The notes beneath the pieces are model-generated. The model was not told the origin of the DNA and did no database searches. It worked only from the letters and a program-made list of their open reading frames with translations. Below, piece by piece: positions 9,866 through 17,650 of a stretch of 64,000 nucleotides of DNA. The stretch comes from an archaeon. GTDB taxonomy: Archaea > Iainarchaeota > Iainarchaeia > Iainarchaeales > JAAZKV01. The position numbers were made by a program, and so were the translations under genes. The stretch's first letter is position 1, and each line of letters opens with the position of its first letter. The stretch is taken from contig JBBSVX010000013.1 of NCBI GenBank assembly GCA_038046585.1, positions 6,942 to 70,941 of the forward strand. The letters run 5' to 3'.

Positions 9866-10206
9866 ACTTATTACCTCCTTGCCTAATTTTATGGCAAAAA
9901 ATTATTTTTGCTTTATTGCAATAAAAATGCAAAAAAAAGCAATTCACTGCTTCTTGAGTCGTGTGGAAGTCAAAGGAGCTGCCTAGTCAAAATAAAGCTA
10001 ATTTAGAGCTTTACGTAAGAAAAGTCAAACGCTTTTGAATTGCCTTCTACAAATCTGCAAATTCTTGATGAAAACATATCATACACCTCTTTACTACCCC
10101 TTCATTTTTGGTCTTTAAAAAGAAAAGAGAGGGTAGCGCGCCGGTGATCGGAAATATTTTATTTTAAAAAAAGTTTTTGTTAAAAACTCTCATTTCGTTT
10201 TGAAAA

Positions 10207-11280
10207 TTATCTTGGGAGCCTGTTTTTGTTTTGCTTTTTTTCTCTTTCAAATCTTTTCAACGCATATCCTGCGAATAACTTTACTTTTTTTGGATTTTCT
10301 TTTGCGATTGCCCTAAACCTTTGGTGCTTATCTTTTGCCGCAATGCTAACCATCCCAAGCCAGCCCTTGATTACGTTTATTTTGTAAGGCAAATTTGATT
10401 TGATTATGTCCTTAAGCGTTTCTCTTTTCCAACTGCCTATTGAGAACTGCGGCGCATGCAGCGCGCCAAGCCCAGAAAACAAATATGCTTTGCCGTCCGT
10501 GGCGAAATGCACAGTGACGGGCATTTTGGCCCCGTATAACGGCACAAGTCCGACGCCTAACGCAACATTTATTGGCGGCATGGGAGCGCCTTCCCCTCTA
10601 TGCAATTTGCCAAGCCAATTTTTCATGTCTTCGGTTCCTTTTTTGCTTGAATAAAATTCCCTCCTCCCGCTGTTGCTGTCTTGAGCCACTCGCGTTTTGA
10701 ATTCTTTTGGTATTAGTCTTGCTATGTTTTTTGGCCACCGGTATTTTTCTTGGTACTTTGTTTGGGCGACATTCTGAACGTTTGCCTTTGCACCTGCTGC
10801 TTTTGCTCCAGCAAAGAATGCGATAATTCTTGCTTCCATCTCCCGACCATAAAGCAAATGCTCCCTATCTATTGAGACGTTAACTCTTGGGAGCCCCATT
10901 CTTTTGAGGAGCGCCGCCGTCTCCGCAGGATTTGTGGGAAATAACGCAAGATTTGTTGTGATGCTGACATTTTTTCTCCCAAGGACGCGCACGGCGTATT
11001 GTGACATTTGTACGACTTCTTTATTGAGAAATGGCTCTCCGCCGGCGATGCAAATAAATTTCGAGTTCCCCAAAATTTTCCCCTGTTCTTTAATTTGATC
11101 TATTAGTTTTTTGAATTCTTCAAACTTCATATCGGGGCCCGTGTAATATTCTCTGCCGCGCTGGAAACAGAAGTTACAGTTCATGTTGCAACGGGAAGTC
11201 ACGTCAAAAGTGAAAAGCTTTATAGGAGGAATTTCTTCGCCAAAGGGCGTCTCTGGAATCTTGCTTAAAGCATCAACCAT
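10207..11280 (-). CDS. Radical SAM domain protein of unknown function
   Basis: CNMNCNFC (Cx3Cx2C) cluster near the N-terminus and a GGEPFL SAM-binding motif. The C-terminal 200 aa have no recognised motifs and end in a Lys-rich tail. Confidence 0.8.
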   Translation of the reverse strand: MVDALSKIPETPFGEEIPPIKLFTFDVTSRCNMNCNFCFQRGREYYTGPDMKFEEFKKLIDQIKEQGKILGNSKFICIAGGEPFLNKEVVQMSQYAVRVLGRKNVSITTNLALFPTNPAETAALLKRMGLPRVNVSIDREHLLYGREMEARIIAFFAGAKAAGAKANVQNVAQTKYQEKYRWPKNIARLIPKEFKTRVAQDSNSGRREFYSSKKGTEDMKNWLGKLHRGEGAPMPPINVALGVGLVPLYGAKMPVTVHFATDGKAYLFSGLGALHAPQFSIGSWKRETLKDIIKSNLPYKINVIKGWLGMVSIAAKDKHQRFRAIAKENPKKVKLFAGYALKRFEREKKQNKNRLPR

Positions 11281-11337
11281 ATGAAGAATTATGCGAAAGA
11301 ACTACTTAAGCTTTTTTGAGTATAATTAGAAAGAGGC

Positions 11338-12063
11338 TTATTCTCTTGTCCATCTTTGCATTTCGCGCAAGGCTTTTTCAGCAGTTTCAATTACTAAAAG
11401 TTTTTTGTCAAGATCCTTTACCTGTTTTCCTGCAGCTTCCATCCTAAAATCCTTTAATTCATCAGCGTATTTTGCAACTTTTTTGTCTTTTTTGTAGATG
11501 ATTGAGGTTGAAACTGTTTCAGAGAGCTGTTTTCGATAATCAAGATCTTTCACAAACATTTTCACCATCGGTTTCCATTTTTTGTCCGCTACAAGGTGCG
11601 CAGGAAGTTTTACAATGTCTGCATCTTTTCGGTAATCTGCATCCGAAGCCATTTTTGCCATGTGTTCCCAATAGAGCGGTTCTTTTAGTTTTTTCAACTG
11701 GTGAAACTGGTGGTACATTGATGCTGAAAGGTGGCTCTTTTTCCAGTCGCCAAGCTTTTCCTGATAAAGTTTCTTTTTCTCAACTATCTCGTCAATTTTT
11801 TTTCCTAGTACCATCGATTCAGGATAGGATAATTTCGGCCAGTCTTTTCCCGATTCGTGCGCTTTAATTACGCCGCCCAAGGAAAAATATTTTTCAAGAG
11901 CTGCCCTTCGTTCGCCTTCTTTTGGGGACTTAGGAAATCTTTTCTCAAATTCTACTATTGAGGCGATTACATCAGTCATTCTATCAACTAAAGAAAAGTC
12001 TTTTGTGGTTAAAAAGGATGCTGGTTTTAGATGGAAAATTAGGCTTAGGATGAGGCTTCGCAT
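11338..12063 (-). CDS. Hypothetical protein
   Basis: 241-aa ORF whose start overlaps the end of the 890-aa surface-protein gene; no recognisable motif. An internal Met (MTDVIAS...) is an alternative start. Confidence 0.45.
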   Translation of the reverse strand: MRSLILSLIFHLKPASFLTTKDFSLVDRMTDVIASIVEFEKRFPKSPKEGERRAALEKYFSLGGVIKAHESGKDWPKLSYPESMVLGKKIDEIVEKKKLYQEKLGDWKKSHLSASMYHQFHQLKKLKEPLYWEHMAKMASDADYRKDADIVKLPAHLVADKKWKPMVKMFVKDLDYRKQLSETVSTSIIYKKDKKVAKYADELKDFRMEAAGKQVKDLDKKLLVIETAEKALREMQRWTRE

Positions 12064-14717
12064 CCGAAAGTCGCGTCTTCAATCCCTATCTTGTGAGGAA
12101 TGCCATAATTGGTATTGTAGCTTATTGTGACATCTATTGTCCTTTGTGCGCCCACGTTTGCGCAAGTGTGGGTCGTGTCAATAGTTATTTTCTTTTCATC
12201 CCCCACATCTAAGAAAAAATTTTGTGTGGCGTTCTGATCATCAAATTTTATGTCTGTAATTGTAACTCCTCCGGAAGTGTTGTTCTGTAGGATTATGGTG
12301 TAATTTCCGTCAAGCGTGACCACTCCGTCCATTATCCCTATGGGGCTTGTCTGCATCTTTATTTTTGAAGATCCTTCTGATACGCTTGCGCCCGATTCAA
12401 AAAACCCAGTCATCATCCCGGTTACAAGAAGCGCGACAACGACAATAATTGCCATGAGCACTAAGTATTCTATTGTTCCTTGCGCACCAGGTGCACCCGA
12501 GGCGGGAGGGTTTGCGGGAGGCTTTGTTGGGGGTGATTTTGGAGGATTTTTCTTTGCAGCATTTTGTGCGTTGAACTCATTGAGCTGAAGCATGTATTGT
12601 TCCATTAGTCTTCTGTAAGTAGTTTCGTCCATCTGCCCTTTCATGTATCCTTGCTCAAGAAGCTTCATCTTTAATTTAATTTCCTTGATTTTCTTTTCAC
12701 GTTCGTTTCGCATATTAAAAGTGTAGACCAAGAATCCGAATCCCACAAGAATCAGTATCACTCCAATCCCTATTACGGCCATTACTACCGTGTCGAGTCC
12801 GTCAAGAGAATATTTTACGCTCGGTTTTTTTGACGATGAGGGGAGGGCATTCCATATCACTTTTCCTTCTTCGGGAAACGATTCGCCTTTAGGATCCGCC
12901 ATAGGATAAAATGAATTTATTTTTGCGCCATTGGGAACAATTATTGTCAGCGAACTTGCGCCAAGTGTGCTTTCAACGTTCCAATCCCTAAATGTTACTT
13001 CGTAGCTGTTCCCCATTAAAGGAGTGATTAGCATATCTGTTTGAGTGATAAAATCAAGGATTAGATTTCCGCCTGCAAATGAAGCGAGGCAGGTTGATTT
13101 TTCAGTTGTAAAGAAACCCATTTTTTCAAACATGGCGTCCTGCGCGTAGAGTGTGTAATTGGTGCAATCGAATGAAGCGTACTGTGCAGTGCTGATGCCT
13201 ACATAGGCAAGGCAGGCCTCATTATAGGGGAGCAAAATATTGAGATCCACATCAGCTATTCCTTCTTTGCTGACCTTGAAAGATAGATCGAATTTTGTTG
13301 CGAGCGTCGTATCTATCGAGCACTCTGCGTCGCCTAAGGAAGCATCAAACCTTGCGATAGGGGTTCCCATCGTGCCAAAGTCGTTTTGGTCTACCTCTTT
13401 TTCCACAGTGTACACTACTTCGGCTTTTCCTTCTGGAGCAATGAAGGGTATCACAAACGCGATCACGGGATCATCTTCGATAACGACCATATTGTAGTCG
13501 GAGCGTATTTCGCTTGCAGAAAGGGCGATTTCTTTCGGGATTGTTTCAATGATTTCGACCCCTTCTATCGCATTTTGCGAAGGGTTTGACACTTCAATCG
13601 ATATTGTTGATTGTTTTTGCGCGTTGTCGTCTGAAGAGCGACTTACGACTATCCCTCTCTTGAATTCGAAACTTTTTGTTTCTTCAGAAAATTCTTTTTG
13701 GGAATTCTCGTCTATAGCATCGCCCAGTTTTCCCACTTGGTCCAAAACGTCCTCTTCTTTTGGAGTATAGATAATCTCTTGAGAATAGATTTTCGTCCTT
13801 ATCTCGTCAGGGGAAAAATAGTACTCTCCGATTATTTGCGGCGGGGCAAAAACGGTTCCTGAGGTTGTGACACACACCTTGACTCCGGCCAGATCGCCCT
13901 GCTCGACTGATTTGCATTTGTAATCTCCGTCGGTGACAGACAATATTCTTACAATAATTGCCTGCCCAAAAGATTTTTCGCATTTTATAGCGGAATTTAA
14001 ATCGGCTGCAATACTGCACTTGGTTATCGTTTCAAGGTATGCTTCCGGATCGAATTTGTTCTCTCCCGAGTCGACCATAGCATTCGTATCGTTGATTTTG
14101 CTAGAAGCCGAATTTGTATCTAAAACACAGCCTTGTGAAGTTGTGCAATTCGTTTCCTGGTTTATATCAGAACTCTCGGGCGGATAATATGGATTCATTA
14201 GCTGTCCGTTGCACCAGTTCTCATCGTACCCCGCGAGGTTTTTGGTGATATTGCAGTCAAGTTTTTGGGTTTGAGAACAATCAGTCACTTTGTTAACATT
14301 AGGGCATTCCTTTATTGTGCACCCGTTTTGGTCAACGTATGTATTGCACTCAACCGCAGTTGCGGCGATGGCTTTCCACTGGCACTTGTTGTCAGAGCAG
14401 CCGCAGTAGAGATTGTAATCTACTGCCTTGTAGCAATCCGCGAATTGGCAGGTGGCGAGTGCATCAAACTTTTCATTAGCTCCTCCGCAATTACTGTCAT
14501 AGCAGCCTCCTGTTTTGCACTCAGAATCAAGTTTGCATAAGGCGTAAGTTGACGTTCCGCAGAACGAAGCGTTAGATGGAGCAGTATTTATGCTAGGGGT
14601 TGTGTTTGTATTCAAGTCCGCATCTGTTCCCTTTATAGGACTGTCAAGCGCAAGAACCGAGCCGGCAACTATCGCGACAAACAGAACTGCGAGTAGGACG
14701 AAAAGTGAGTTACTCAT
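12045..14717 (-). CDS. Large Sec-secreted, Cys-rich, membrane-anchored protein with an internal class III signal peptide and a complete pilin-like module fused at its C-terminus
   Basis: N-terminal signal peptide (MSNSLFVLLAVLFVAIVAGSVLA) and a Cys-rich ectodomain. A TM helix (VVMAVIGIGVILILVGFGFLVYTF) is followed by a basic coiled segment and a Pro-rich linker (KKNPPKSPPTKPPANPPASGAPGA). Then comes QGTIEYLVLMAIIVVVAL plus a 145-aa domain homologous to the N-terminal domains of the ORFs at 15693 and 32881. Confidence 0.7.
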   Translation of the reverse strand: MSNSLFVLLAVLFVAIVAGSVLALDSPIKGTDADLNTNTTPSINTAPSNASFCGTSTYALCKLDSECKTGGCYDSNCGGANEKFDALATCQFADCYKAVDYNLYCGCSDNKCQWKAIAATAVECNTYVDQNGCTIKECPNVNKVTDCSQTQKLDCNITKNLAGYDENWCNGQLMNPYYPPESSDINQETNCTTSQGCVLDTNSASSKINDTNAMVDSGENKFDPEAYLETITKCSIAADLNSAIKCEKSFGQAIIVRILSVTDGDYKCKSVEQGDLAGVKVCVTTSGTVFAPPQIIGEYYFSPDEIRTKIYSQEIIYTPKEEDVLDQVGKLGDAIDENSQKEFSEETKSFEFKRGIVVSRSSDDNAQKQSTISIEVSNPSQNAIEGVEIIETIPKEIALSASEIRSDYNMVVIEDDPVIAFVIPFIAPEGKAEVVYTVEKEVDQNDFGTMGTPIARFDASLGDAECSIDTTLATKFDLSFKVSKEGIADVDLNILLPYNEACLAYVGISTAQYASFDCTNYTLYAQDAMFEKMGFFTTEKSTCLASFAGGNLILDFITQTDMLITPLMGNSYEVTFRDWNVESTLGASSLTIIVPNGAKINSFYPMADPKGESFPEEGKVIWNALPSSSKKPSVKYSLDGLDTVVMAVIGIGVILILVGFGFLVYTFNMRNEREKKIKEIKLKMKLLEQGYMKGQMDETTYRRLMEQYMLQLNEFNAQNAAKKNPPKSPPTKPPANPPASGAPGAQGTIEYLVLMAIIVVVALLVTGMMTGFFESGASVSEGSSKIKMQTSPIGIMDGVVTLDGNYTIILQNNTSGGVTITDIKFDDQNATQNFFLDVGDEKKITIDTTHTCANVGAQRTIDVTISYNTNYGIPHKIGIEDATFGCEASS

Positions 14718-14740
14718 GAAACACTATCCGAGAATGTTGT

Positions 14741-14809
14741 ATATATTCCTTTGGAAGAGACAGAATTGCTTTAATTTTACCTTCCAAAAGAGCACCAAAA
14801 GGAATATAT
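14741..14809. promoter_or_regulatory. Divergent promoter region built as an imperfect palindrome carrying two inverted GGAATATAT TATA-like elements
   Basis: ATATATTCCTTTGG (14741-14754) and CCAAAAGGAATATAT (14796-14809) each lie about 24 nt upstream of divergent start codons (14717 on the - strand, 14833 on the + strand). A nested TTCCTTTGGAAG/CTTCCAAAAG inverted repeat lies between them. Confidence 0.45.
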
Positions 14810-14832
14810 CTTCTAAGAAAAATTACTTATTC

Positions 14833-15648
14833 ATGAGCAAACAAATCGGTATCGTTTATATGGTCGCGGGGCTTTCCTCGAGATTTGGGGGAAAGATAAA
14901 GCAGTTCGCGCGCGTTGGCCCTGTGGGCGAAACGCTAATTGAAGTGTCAATGAAACAAGCGGTAGCCGCGGGTTTTACAAAAATAATTTTCATTGTAGGA
15001 GAAAAAACTGAGGCTCCATTTAAGGAAATGTTTGGCACAAGTTATAGTGGAATCCCGATCGCTTATGCAAAACAGGAATTTGATCTGGCAAAAAGAGATA
15101 AGCCTTGGGGCACTGTTGATGCGCTCGTATCAGCAAAAGATGCGATAAATGGACCATTTGTGGTGTGCAATGGGGATGATATCTATGGAGAGAAAGCTTT
15201 CTCGCAGGCGCATGATTTCTTGAGCGCGAACGGAACCGATTGCGTCGCGGTCGGATACGAACTTGGAAAAGTGATTCCTGAGAAGGGAAAAACGAACAGA
15301 GGAATATTCAAGACCGACAGCAAAAATTTTGTCACAAACATGACAGAAGTTTTTGACATTGAAAAAGAAAAATTACACGAAAAGGGTTTGGAAGAAAGCA
15401 CCCTTTGCAGCATGAATCTTTTCGGACTACAACAAGAAGTTATTTGGATGCTTGCGGATAAATTAGGACATTTTAAGACGCAGCATAACGGAGATAGAAA
15501 GGCAGAGTGTCTTTTGCCAGTAGAGTTAAGCAATCTTATCAAGGAAAAAAAGATTTCACTGAGGCTTATCGCCACTGACGATAAGTGGTATGGTGTAACT
15601 AATCCTGAAGACGAGGAAAAGATAAGGCAAGAACTGGCGCAAAATTGA
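14833..15648 (+). CDS. Sugar-phosphate nucleotidyltransferase (NTP_transferase family)
   Basis: Motifs GLSSRFGG, KPWGTVDAL and VCNGDDIY match the nucleotidyl-transferase fold. The start is placed at the internal ATG 14833 (MSKQIG...), because the upstream part of track ORF 14590.. overlaps the convergent large gene and the intergenic promoter. Confidence 0.7.
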   Translation: MSKQIGIVYMVAGLSSRFGGKIKQFARVGPVGETLIEVSMKQAVAAGFTKIIFIVGEKTEAPFKEMFGTSYSGIPIAYAKQEFDLAKRDKPWGTVDALVSAKDAINGPFVVCNGDDIYGEKAFSQAHDFLSANGTDCVAVGYELGKVIPEKGKTNRGIFKTDSKNFVTNMTEVFDIEKEKLHEKGLEESTLCSMNLFGLQQEVIWMLADKLGHFKTQHNGDRKAECLLPVELSNLIKEKKISLRLIATDDKWYGVTNPEDEEKIRQELAQN

Positions 15649-15692
15649 CCTATGCCACAAGATTATTATAGATTGATAGCCCTTACTCCTCC

Positions 15693-17567
15693 ATGAAAAA
15701 CCATTCCGCGCAAGGAACAATAGAATACTTAGTAATCATCGCGGTCGTGGTAGTCATCTCGCTCGTTGTTGTCTCGATGCTTGTCGGATTCACGAACCAA
15801 GGGGAAAACGTTGCAACAGCAAGCTCACAAATATCAACAATGACCTCGCCAATAGCAATCGTTGATTCAGAATCAACACTCGACGGAAACATCTTTTTAG
15901 GATTCAAAAACAACACAGGAGAAACAATCACAATAACAGAAGTACTCGTAGGCGACGAATCACTACCAAACATCAACCAAACAATTACACAAGGCGCCCC
16001 CGCAAACATCGTAATCAACACCACAAAAAACTGCACACCCGGCACCACCATCACCACAACAATAACAACAAACTACACAACATCAACAGGCCTAACAAAA
16101 ACACAAAAACTAGAAAACATCCAAATCAACTGCAGCGACATAAACCTAAACGAAGGCATACTAGAGCAAACACAAGGCGGAACTCCCCCAACAGGGCCGG
16201 GAATTGATTTACAAAACGGATTAATCGCACACTACAAGATGAATGAAGACGCGATAGATACAACAGTTTCAGATAGCACAGGAAACAACGATGGAGTGCT
16301 AGTCAGAAATTTCGACTTAATATCAAGCACAAACTTAATGGCAACTTCAAAAATAAATGGCGCGCTAAGCTTTGATGGAAGCAGCGATTACATTGATACC
16401 GGCGCCCAACCGATTGGCGCAGGAAATAATCCTTTCTCAATTTCGTGCTGGTTTAAGACCACAAAACCTGACGGGGAAGAATATATGTGGGCAATAGGAG
16501 GAGACTTTTTCAGCGCCGACAACACTTATGCGACAGCAGGGGTCTCTTATGATGAAGATGCAGTGGGGATATTAATCTCAGGCAACTGGTTTGCGCGTGC
16601 TTACGCTTATGGAATCCGAGATGGGAAGTACCACCATTTTGTTTTTACGCATGATGGAAGTCAGGGAACTTTATGGCTGGATGACGTGAACGTGGGCTAT
16701 GGAAACACATCTTCACTGAATCTAGGAACGGCTAATCTACTTATTGGAAAAAATGCTACTTGGCCAACTTGGGATGGATCACTCGATGATTTTAGAGTAT
16801 ATAGCACAGCCCTTGGTCCAAGCGATATCGCAGCGCTATATAATTCAGGCGCAGGGACTGAAAGCGAAAGCGGCGCGCTTGGAACAAATCTTGTTGCGCA
16901 CTACAAGATGAATGACAATGCGGCAAGCACAACGGTTGTCGACAGCAGGGGAGATTATAACGGGACATCTCAAAGAGATACAAACATTTTGATTTCTTCT
17001 AAGATTAACGGTTCATTCAGTTTCAACGGAATCGGCGAATATGATCCAGATATAACTGCGGACTATATCGAAGCCGGGACCCCAAACGGGGACCTAAATA
17101 TAACTGGAGACAAACTTTCAGTATCTGCCTGGGTAAAAAGATCAACAGAAGACAGATATGATTGGATAGTCGGAAAAATGGGCTCAGGCGCAGGCTCTTG
17201 GTGGATGGACATTCAAGCATCCCACCTCGGAAATTTTGTAGACTTTGCAATAGACACTGACAGCGGACCAGGACTTGGCGGAGGAACAACGGACATTGCT
17301 TTACCTAATGATGGCACATGGCACCACGTCGTAGGAGTTTATGACGGAACCAATGTAATTGTATACGTGGACAATGCCGCATCCACCCCAATACCAACTA
17401 CAGGGAACATTGTTCCCAGAGAATATTCAACAAAAATTGGCTGGGAAGATGGATGGGACTCGCAAACATTCAAGGGAAGCATGGATGATCTTCGAATATA
17501 CAACAAAGCATTAAGTACAGAAGAAATTGCAGCAATCTATAACGACGGAAACGGAACAGAAAACTGA
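15693..17567 (+). CDS. Pilin-like adhesin: class III (type IV prepilin-like) signal peptide plus conserved pilin-like domain plus Thr-rich linker plus two LamG/concanavalin-A-like lectin domains
   Basis: MKNHSA|QGTIEYLVIIAVVVVI, with Q+1/E+5 as in EppA-type DUF361 prepilins. Two Laminin_G_3-like repeats (about 16206-16863 and 16875-17564) carry the 'W...K...HH.V..DG...LW.DDV' pattern. A TTATTATA box lies about 25 nt upstream. Confidence 0.8.
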   Translation: MKNHSAQGTIEYLVIIAVVVVISLVVVSMLVGFTNQGENVATASSQISTMTSPIAIVDSESTLDGNIFLGFKNNTGETITITEVLVGDESLPNINQTITQGAPANIVINTTKNCTPGTTITTTITTNYTTSTGLTKTQKLENIQINCSDINLNEGILEQTQGGTPPTGPGIDLQNGLIAHYKMNEDAIDTTVSDSTGNNDGVLVRNFDLISSTNLMATSKINGALSFDGSSDYIDTGAQPIGAGNNPFSISCWFKTTKPDGEEYMWAIGGDFFSADNTYATAGVSYDEDAVGILISGNWFARAYAYGIRDGKYHHFVFTHDGSQGTLWLDDVNVGYGNTSSLNLGTANLLIGKNATWPTWDGSLDDFRVYSTALGPSDIAALYNSGAGTESESGALGTNLVAHYKMNDNAASTTVVDSRGDYNGTSQRDTNILISSKINGSFSFNGIGEYDPDITADYIEAGTPNGDLNITGDKLSVSAWVKRSTEDRYDWIVGKMGSGAGSWWMDIQASHLGNFVDFAIDTDSGPGLGGGTTDIALPNDGTWHHVVGVYDGTNVIVYVDNAASTPIPTTGNIVPREYSTKIGWEDGWDSQTFKGSMDDLRIYNKALSTEEIAAIYNDGNGTEN

Positions 17568-17650
17568 CTCGGTTAAATTGCAGTCCGCCTCTTTGCGCCG
17601 GCACGCCCCCCACCCCTCATTTTTAATACTTTCAAATCCAAATTTATTCT

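Noticed and set aside
15683-16057. 124-aa - strand ORF antisense to the 15693 adhesin gene (and similar antisense ORFs 12316..12588, 13240..13770, 45290..45979, 1165..1542, 18118..18789, 20189..20524)
   Set aside because: These are typical long antisense frames inside large genes with biased codon usage. None has a recognisable motif or a plausible start context.
17600-17612. C-run CCCCCCACCCC (G-run on the - strand) upstream of hel308
   Set aside because: Only two to three G-tracts are present, so it cannot form a canonical G-quadruplex. It is likely just promoter-proximal sequence.
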